A stretch of 64,000 bases of DNA, from the IMG/VR virus record IMGVR_UViG_3300037333_000013, positions 100,668 through 164,667 of that record; one strand, 5' to 3'. Both the position numbers and the translations under genes were made by a program. Positions 57,694 through 64,000 of this stretch are shown here, one piece after another; positions within the stretch are counted from its first letter, which is position 1, and every line of letters begins with the position of its first letter. The DNA is from a virus. A model generated the notes under the pieces. That model had not been told where the DNA came from, made no database searches, and saw only the letters and a program-made list of their open reading frames with translations.

Positions 57694-58500
57694 ATGCGTG
57701 GATATAAACTATACGGATATGGTGTTGTAACAAAAGACATCGAGGTCAATGATAAGTACGCAACTATTGCTATCTATGAAGCAGTAAGTGGAAATGAAAC
57801 ATTTGATAACAGTGATACCACAATCGATGAGAAATCAGGTGTAGTCTCTGACGCTACCGGATTTAAAACAACAAAACACGTCAAAAGAGAGATGACAGTA
57901 GAAGCACTCTGGCTCAATGAGGGGAGTACACGTATCAATATACCCATGATGAGTATGGGTGAGCTAGTAAAAGTCTATAACTATGATGGTACAGATAGGT
58001 TCTACTTTAAACCACATCATCTAGAGAAAGACCTAAGACGTAAAGAAGTCGTCATACATGCATTCAGTAACTTAGACAAAGAGAAAAACTTTGGACAGTC
58101 GTTTGATGAATCCACGAGTTACCACTTTATGGTAGATACCGTGAATAAACTGAGCCGTTTCAAGACTGCTACAAATGATGGTGAGCCAGTGCTATGGGAG
58201 ATACTGTTAGATAGTGGTAAAGGGAAGCTCTCTATCTTAGTAAACGGAAAAGAGAAGATAGTGTTAGATGGTGTATCTGATAAGCTAACAATTAATGTCA
58301 AAGATACGATATTAAATGGTAGTACCTTATTAGCCAACTTATCAAATACTTTCACACTCGTTGCTAGTAAGTTCTTGAATAAATCAAGGTCAATGATAGT
58401 CTACGCCACAACGACAGTCAAGAAGAGTGTTGACTTTAAAAGTAAGTGTAAATTTAATATGTTGAGTAAAACAGGGGTAAAAAAAGAACCATTAGAGTAG
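57694..58500 (+). CDS. Baseplate central spike/tail tip protein (phiKZ gp164-like); start revised to 57694
   Basis: TVEALWL...STR..IP...GE.V.VY....TDRFYF, DLRRKE and T..GEP motifs. Confidence 0.72.
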   Translation: MRGYKLYGYGVVTKDIEVNDKYATIAIYEAVSGNETFDNSDTTIDEKSGVVSDATGFKTTKHVKREMTVEALWLNEGSTRINIPMMSMGELVKVYNYDGTDRFYFKPHHLEKDLRRKEVVIHAFSNLDKEKNFGQSFDESTSYHFMVDTVNKLSRFKTATNDGEPVLWEILLDSGKGKLSILVNGKEKIVLDGVSDKLTINVKDTILNGSTLLANLSNTFTLVASKFLNKSRSMIVYATTTVKKSVDFKSKCKFNMLSKTGVKKEPLE

Positions 58501-58524
58501 TGTGGCAAGTGCCACACTACTCTA
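58493..58524. terminator. Hairpin containing both convergent stops
   Basis: TAGAGTAGTGTGGCA-AG-TGCCACACTACTCTA. Confidence 0.65.
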
Positions 58525-58909
58525 CCTTTCTATAAATATCTTTGTTTAGCCTATCTATATGTGTACAGATAGGACACACTTCTTTACGAAGTGTTTGGTA
58601 ATTCAGTACCATTGTGTTCTCACACTTTGTACACAGCACTTTCGCAAACCAGTGATAACTGTACGACTCTTTGTCGAATCGTTTTAAATTGTTCTCTAAC
58701 ACGTTTAGTGTAGAGAACTTTGCACCTACTACCACGGATTTTGCACCACGACATCTCGCACATGGTTGTGCAAATGCCTTGTCTGAGTACACTTTATTTT
58801 TCTTCTGTCCACATACTGGACAGCTTGCGATACAACGTTTCACAGTTGTAAGTTTACCCTTCGGTGACACGTTCGTGAACATCACGAATACCCATCCATT
58901 AAATTTCAT
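58517..58909 (-). CDS. Double zinc-ribbon protein (four CxxC)
   Basis: CPVC, CARC, CTKC and CPIC; AAGGAG SD; early motif at 58979-58988. Confidence 0.8.
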   Translation of the reverse strand: MKFNGWVFVMFTNVSPKGKLTTVKRCIASCPVCGQKKNKVYSDKAFAQPCARCRGAKSVVVGAKFSTLNVLENNLKRFDKESYSYHWFAKVLCTKCENTMVLNYQTLRKEVCPICTHIDRLNKDIYRKVE

Positions 58910-59050
58910 ATCTTTCTCCTTACTACTTATTTAAGATAATCAAACCTACTATCTAGGAACAGCAATTCAATACATTACAATAATATACCAGTAAAAAAAA
59001 AGCCATACAAATATGGGAACAAACACGCTTACTTGATAAAAGGAGATACT

Positions 59051-61384
59051 ATGTTAATCCATAAAATAACACTTATAAATTTTGAGAGAATGTCTCTAAA
59101 TAATATTAAAACATTTGAATACAAACCATCAAAGTCAGAGACAATTATCGGTGGAAACGGGAGTGGGAAGACTTCCCTACTAGAACAACTCACACCATAT
59201 ATAGACGGAAAAGACTTTAAGTCAGGTGGCGAGAAAGTCATCGTCTTCTCACATAGAGACAGCGACTACACATTATCATTTACAAACAACAAATACTCTT
59301 TCATAAAGAATGGTAAAGAACTCAATGATGGGCATACAATGAAAGTCCAAAACAAATTGATAGTAGAACACCTACAACTCACACCAATGATGAATGATAT
59401 GTTTCTAAATAGAAAACAGTTTGTAACAATGTCTGTAAAGGAACGTAAAGAGTGGCTAACGCTCATATCTCCATCAGACTATACCTATGTCCTATCCGTC
59501 TACCAAAACACAAAGACAAAGCTTAGAGACCTACAAGGACTTAAGCGAGAATATGCAACTAGACTCAAGAAGATAGAAGAGAACCTAGAAGATGAAGAAG
59601 TATACACTCGTTTAAAATCTTATATCGATACACTGAAAGAGACACTCTCTTCATTACATACAGATATGTCAAACCTTGAAGAAGTAGATGATGTGATAAA
59701 ACAGTGTCACTCTACTATACAAACAATAAGAACACTAAAGAGAAAGCAATGTTATTACCAACCATCACCTATAATCAATGAGAAGTTGAATGCAAATACA
59801 AGAGCATTAGAAGAGATAAAGAAGTCATTGACTACTGTTGGAAAGATTGAACTAACAGATAAAGAGATACTCTATAAAGAGAAACAAGAAGTAGTTGATG
59901 CAATCACACATACAAACACATTAGCTATTCCGCTAGAGAAGATAGAGAAGATAGATGAACTCGTACAACGAGAAGAAGATAAGATACGCACGCTACTCAA
60001 TCAGTATTTTGAGAAACAAGTAGTTTATCAAGAGAATGAACTAGAGAAGCACCTGAAAGATATCACACTCATCACTACGAGACTTCAGACACACACGAAG
60101 ACGTTAGATGAACTCAGGTATAAATACACGACGCTAATAGATAGAAAATCAAAGGAGTCAATCTCTTGCCCTAGTTGTCATACAGAGTTTAAAGTAGGTT
60201 ATAATGAGAATGATGAAGTGTCTATAAAGGTAGAGTTGAATAAGCATACTGTTATTGTTGACGAGTTAACATTAGAACTCTCTAAACTAAATGCAAGAGT
60301 ATCAGAGATAACAATCTTTATGGATATAGAGAATGCTCTAAAAGAGTTAGCATACTTAACAGATGGTGTGGTAGACTACACAGATAGTAAAGAGGTATAT
60401 GATAGGTTTACAAACATACTCCAAGAGAAAGAGATGTTATCAAAACTTGTATATCTAAAGAAGAGAATATCTGAATTAGAAGAGAAGATAAAAGTATCTG
60501 AGTCAACAGACGAACAATTACAAAAGATAGCACTCTCACAACGAGAGGAACTCTTACAAAAAGAGAAGAGGCTCTTTCGAAAAGAGTACCTATTAAAACG
60601 TAATATCAAGACATCACTAGAACAAGAAAATTTAAGGAAGAGAATCTCTGAATTAGAAGAGGACCTAACGTTACTGACAGCTCAGTTCACTCAGTTCGAG
60701 CGGTATGCGTATAATAGAGTAAAGAATGAATATATACAAACACTCATTCGTCTACTAGAAAGTGAACTTACAAAGTGCGAAGAGCAACTACGAAGGGTAG
60801 ACAATGACTATCTTATTTATAAAAGAATGTCTGCAGAAGTAGAAGACACAAACAAACAGATAGTTATCTTTGCAGATATAGAGAAAGCACTCAGTCCAAA
60901 CAAAGGACTCATAGCAAAGTCTATCATTGGATTCTTGAACGTCTTTATCAACCACGTCAATGAGATTATTCGTACAACGTGGTCATATGATATGCGTGTC
61001 TTAGTGCCAGAAGTCACTGAGTCTGACTTAGACTATAAGTTCCCTGTCTATGTAGAAGGAAAGATACGAAAAGACATTAGTCAAACATCTACTGGAATGA
61101 GGGCTATCATTAACTTAGCATTTAAGTTAGCTTCTATGTCATTTCTAAAGATGAATGACTTTCCTATCTACCTAGATGAGTTTGGTAGTTCATTCGATGT
61201 AGAGCATAGAAGAAAGACCATTGAACTCATTAAGAGAATACAAGATGACTACCCACAAGTCTTTATCATCTCTCATTATGATGACGTACTCTACTCACTA
61301 GATAACAATGTCATTAACCTCAGTGGAGATAGTATGACACTCGCTAAAAATAAAAAACACAATCAGAATGTATCTATCTCCTAG
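59051..61384 (+). CDS. sbcC: SbcC/Rad50-like SMC ATPase (phiKZ gp165-like); start revised to 59051
   Basis: Walker A GGNGSGKT, coiled coil with CPSC zinc hook, STG signature, YLDEFG and IISH. Confidence 0.93.
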   Translation: MLIHKITLINFERMSLNNIKTFEYKPSKSETIIGGNGSGKTSLLEQLTPYIDGKDFKSGGEKVIVFSHRDSDYTLSFTNNKYSFIKNGKELNDGHTMKVQNKLIVEHLQLTPMMNDMFLNRKQFVTMSVKERKEWLTLISPSDYTYVLSVYQNTKTKLRDLQGLKREYATRLKKIEENLEDEEVYTRLKSYIDTLKETLSSLHTDMSNLEEVDDVIKQCHSTIQTIRTLKRKQCYYQPSPIINEKLNANTRALEEIKKSLTTVGKIELTDKEILYKEKQEVVDAITHTNTLAIPLEKIEKIDELVQREEDKIRTLLNQYFEKQVVYQENELEKHLKDITLITTRLQTHTKTLDELRYKYTTLIDRKSKESISCPSCHTEFKVGYNENDEVSIKVELNKHTVIVDELTLELSKLNARVSEITIFMDIENALKELAYLTDGVVDYTDSKEVYDRFTNILQEKEMLSKLVYLKKRISELEEKIKVSESTDEQLQKIALSQREELLQKEKRLFRKEYLLKRNIKTSLEQENLRKRISELEEDLTLLTAQFTQFERYAYNRVKNEYIQTLIRLLESELTKCEEQLRRVDNDYLIYKRMSAEVEDTNKQIVIFADIEKALSPNKGLIAKSIIGFLNVFINHVNEIIRTTWSYDMRVLVPEVTESDLDYKFPVYVEGKIRKDISQTSTGMRAIINLAFKLASMSFLKMNDFPIYLDEFGSSFDVEHRRKTIELIKRIQDDYPQVFIISHYDDVLYSLDNNVINLSGDSMTLAKNKKHNQNVSIS

Positions 61385-61396
61385 GAGATAGATACA
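61369..61396. repeat. 28-bp perfect palindrome centred on overlapping TAG stops
   Basis: TGTATCTATCTCCT|AGGAGATAGATACA. Confidence 0.85.
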
Positions 61397-62502
61397 CATT
61401 CTTTATTCAAACAGAATAGGTTTCCATTCTTCTCGGTGAGATTATGATGGCATCTAGGACACTGCGTAGGTACAATGACAGCATTACCATTATGCTTAGA
61501 GAATACAATCTTTGGTATCACTTCACCAGATAAAATAACTGTCACGGTTGCACCAGTGCATACACCAACATTCATTAAGTTTCCAGTGTTGTATAAGTTG
61601 ACTTTTGTGATACGCTTCCCTTTCAAAGTGACAGGTTGTATCGTTGCTTTCGGTATGAGCATACCACGTTTGTTGTGTGTGTATGTAATCTCTAAGACAT
61701 CTGTATCAATAGAGATAGGTTTTGGTTTGAGTGCTATCTTACTACCACTGTACTTCTTTGTGTCTTTAAATGTATTGGATAGTATGTAGTCATTGACTTC
61801 TATCACAAGACCGTCAGTGGGGTATGTACACGTTATACGTTCCATCTTCATAATGTTCTCGTCATTATAAGGAAGGTATGTGAGTACGGAGAACCCATTG
61901 CGTTGAAGTTCATCAATACGTTTAAGCTTATCCGTTTGTGTGTCAGACCCATATGCAATGAACTCAACATACGACAAGAGTGTTTCATCTGGTTTATCTG
62001 TGTTAAAGAGACCAGCAACAAATGAACATTCGTTGACATACTCTGTCATTCCTTTCTCTTTAAGCATCTTGAAGTGTTCAATTGAGATAACCAATTCACC
62101 CCGAACAGAGTGCATTCCGTCAAATTTAGTAACAAGATTACGTATATATCTGATATGGTTATAGACAGATTTTCCTTTCGCACCATCTCCTCTTAGGATA
62201 GCGTCTTGTAATCTATTATCGTAGACTAATTCAACAGCAATGCCATCTATCTTTTTAGAGATGAGTGAATCTCCATGTTTATCTACCCACATCCGCAAGT
62301 CTTGTTTATTGTATACATTCTTAATAGAGGTCATTTGTACTTTATGCACCACCTTTCCATCTGAAGTACCTATGGTTAGACAAGTGCTGTTTTCGTCATC
62401 TAGTAGTTTGTTATACAACACATCATATTCAGCATCGGATACAACTGGTTTTCCTTTCTCATATGCGTTTCTATATTTCTCTAATCTATCATTGTCATTC
62501 AT
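61381..62502 (-). CDS. ligA: NAD-dependent DNA ligase, truncated (Ia + adenylation + OB + C4 zinc finger only)
   Basis: Y....P.VSDAEYD, KIDG, LRGDG..G, VRGE, TDGLVI, SGEVIPKI and CPRC...C...C. Confidence 0.88.
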   Translation of the reverse strand: MNDNDRLEKYRNAYEKGKPVVSDAEYDVLYNKLLDDENSTCLTIGTSDGKVVHKVQMTSIKNVYNKQDLRMWVDKHGDSLISKKIDGIAVELVYDNRLQDAILRGDGAKGKSVYNHIRYIRNLVTKFDGMHSVRGELVISIEHFKMLKEKGMTEYVNECSFVAGLFNTDKPDETLLSYVEFIAYGSDTQTDKLKRIDELQRNGFSVLTYLPYNDENIMKMERITCTYPTDGLVIEVNDYILSNTFKDTKKYSGSKIALKPKPISIDTDVLEITYTHNKRGMLIPKATIQPVTLKGKRITKVNLYNTGNLMNVGVCTGATVTVILSGEVIPKIVFSKHNGNAVIVPTQCPRCHHNLTEKNGNLFCLNKECVSIS

Positions 62503-62542
62503 TAGCTCTCCTTTGTATTAAAATTATATACAAATAAAGTTT

Positions 62543-62570
62543 ATACACATGCGGATAACCGCATGTGTAT
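62543..62570 (-). terminator. Hairpin terminator
   Basis: ATACACATGCGG-ATAA-CCGCATGTGTAT. Confidence 0.65.
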
Positions 62571-62574
62571 CTAC

Positions 62575-63702
62575 CTATTCTTTTAAAGATTCAAACTCTC
62601 GTAATAATCTAACCTCATCTGTTAACGAAGATGCAAAGTCATTCAGTGAGAATACATAAGCTTGTACATTTTTTACCATTATTTTCTTGGCATCGGTGGC
62701 TCGTTTATTATACCTTTTACAACTTCTATCAAGTGGTGACTTACCATATGCCGCGTATATTTTTTTATGGTAATCATAAATCTCATCTCCAGTAATGTCG
62801 TACTTCTCAACTTTATCTAATAACTTTCTTGCTTCTCCCAATTTTTTAATAAAGTACTCTTTCATCTTTAAGTGTTCGTCAATCTTATTATCCTTTACAA
62901 GTCTTGGTAATGACATATAAAATTCCTCATCAAGTGTAAATGGCTCTAGTTTATCTTCAATAGTACCTGTTGCATGTGTAAGAGAAATTACTTTACCAGT
63001 TTTCGATAACTCAGGAGTAAACGTTTTAACTCTTTGTGTATAGGTAAGTTTATTAATATCTATATCGACTCTATAATCGATGATTATTCTACCATTATTT
63101 GTTATATTGAAGTTGGTATCAAATATACCATCGACCAATTTTTCAACTTCGTTTATAATCGGTTTAGCATTATCATAAATTTTACTCTTTGATAGCACCC
63201 CATTTTCAACTTTATCAAATATGAGTAGTGTTAAATAATACAACCCTACTTTAGAAACCTTTCTTTTTTCTTTATCTGTTAAATCAGAGAACTTCTTCAT
63301 TTTAACAATCTCTTCGACTTTAGATGTGTGACTACCACCACCACCACTAGAGCTACCAATACCGAAGATTGTCTTAATTAAATCTATCGTAAAGTCGATG
63401 AGTGCTTTAATGGCACCAATGATAGCACTAAAGACACCCTCTCTATCCATCTCCATAAGCATAAGCGTCTCTCTATTTACACCATGTGTATATGCAATAG
63501 ATGAGATGACATCTTTATACATAGATGCATTCTCTGCATCCAGCGTGGCAATAAAGTCCAAGTCATCCATCACATACTGTGCTCTTTCATTGTCTAAAGC
63601 ACAGCCATCGATAGCATGTGACAATCTATCGATTCTTCGCATAAAGTCATTGATGTCCAGTTTACCTGCTTCGTATTGTTTCTTAATAATATCTGCGTAC
63701 AT
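62575..63702 (-). CDS. Putative internal head protein with a cleavable acidic propeptide
   Basis: xxE|G followed by amphipathic VFSAIIGAIKALIDFTIDLIKTIFG and a Gly/Ser linker, the layout of phiKZ-like inner-head paralogs. Confidence 0.55.
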   Translation of the reverse strand: MYADIIKKQYEAGKLDINDFMRRIDRLSHAIDGCALDNERAQYVMDDLDFIATLDAENASMYKDVISSIAYTHGVNRETLMLMEMDREGVFSAIIGAIKALIDFTIDLIKTIFGIGSSSGGGGSHTSKVEEIVKMKKFSDLTDKEKRKVSKVGLYYLTLLIFDKVENGVLSKSKIYDNAKPIINEVEKLVDGIFDTNFNITNNGRIIIDYRVDIDINKLTYTQRVKTFTPELSKTGKVISLTHATGTIEDKLEPFTLDEEFYMSLPRLVKDNKIDEHLKMKEYFIKKLGEARKLLDKVEKYDITGDEIYDYHKKIYAAYGKSPLDRSCKRYNKRATDAKKIMVKNVQAYVFSLNDFASSLTDEVRLLREFESLKE

Positions 63703-63704
63703 TT

Positions 63705-63968
63705 TTAGTCTTCCTTTTTGAGTAGTTCAAGTAGTTTTGCTTTCTTATCTTGCATATCAGCCATCTCTTTTAAGATAATGCCAATAGTACTAGAAACCTC
63801 TTTTAATCCACTAAACAACAGCATAGACTCTTCGCTAGCACTAAGACTAATCGTATCAAAGAGATGTTTATTCTCACTTGTTAGTTTTTCAAGTTCTTCA
63901 ACACTAATATCATCTTTGTTTACCAACTTCTTCTCTATCATATCTATGTGCTTGTCTACTTTGTCCAT
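63705..63968 (-). CDS. Small helical hypothetical protein
   Basis: ORF co-oriented with the head protein gene. Confidence 0.6.
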   Translation of the reverse strand: MDKVDKHIDMIEKKLVNKDDISVEELEKLTSENKHLFDTISLSASEESMLLFSGLKEVSSTIGIILKEMADMQDKKAKLLELLKKED

Positions 63969-64000
63969 AATATCTTTGATTGCAGATACAATGTTTTTAG

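Noticed and set aside
1-64000. Stop-codon reassignment
   Set aside because: Core genes are intact under the standard code, and TAA, TAG and TGA all end genes
1-64000. CRISPR array, tRNA, rRNA or IS elements
   Set aside because: No regularly spaced direct repeats, cloverleaf or transposase motifs seen; the palindromes are dispersed single units

Overview
This is a 64-kb AT-rich segment of a phiKZ-like (Chimalliviridae-type) jumbo phage genome. The left edge holds the 5' part of a chimallin (phage nucleus shell) gene that the ORF track missed. It is followed by a PhuZ tubulin, class Ia ribonucleotide reductase, a C5 DNA methyltransferase and an accessory island (Arg-rich orphan protein with a long structured leader, SF2 helicase, dimeric dUTPase, RecJ, guanylate-kinase-like fusion). 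Virion genes include large terminase, sheath, tube, prohead protease, a 2,063-aa gp181-like tail protein with two peptidoglycan hydrolase domains, a spike and an internal head protein. The window also encodes split virion RNA polymerase beta/beta' subunits, RuvC, SbcC and a minimal NAD-dependent ligase. A Campylobacter-type dUTPase and AAGGA ribosome-binding sites hint at a Campylobacterota host. Non-coding signals include a leftward ATATATTATT early-promoter-like motif, many near-perfect palindromes at gene ends, and strong apparent GATC avoidance. All homology calls come from recognising motifs by eye; no database searches were run.
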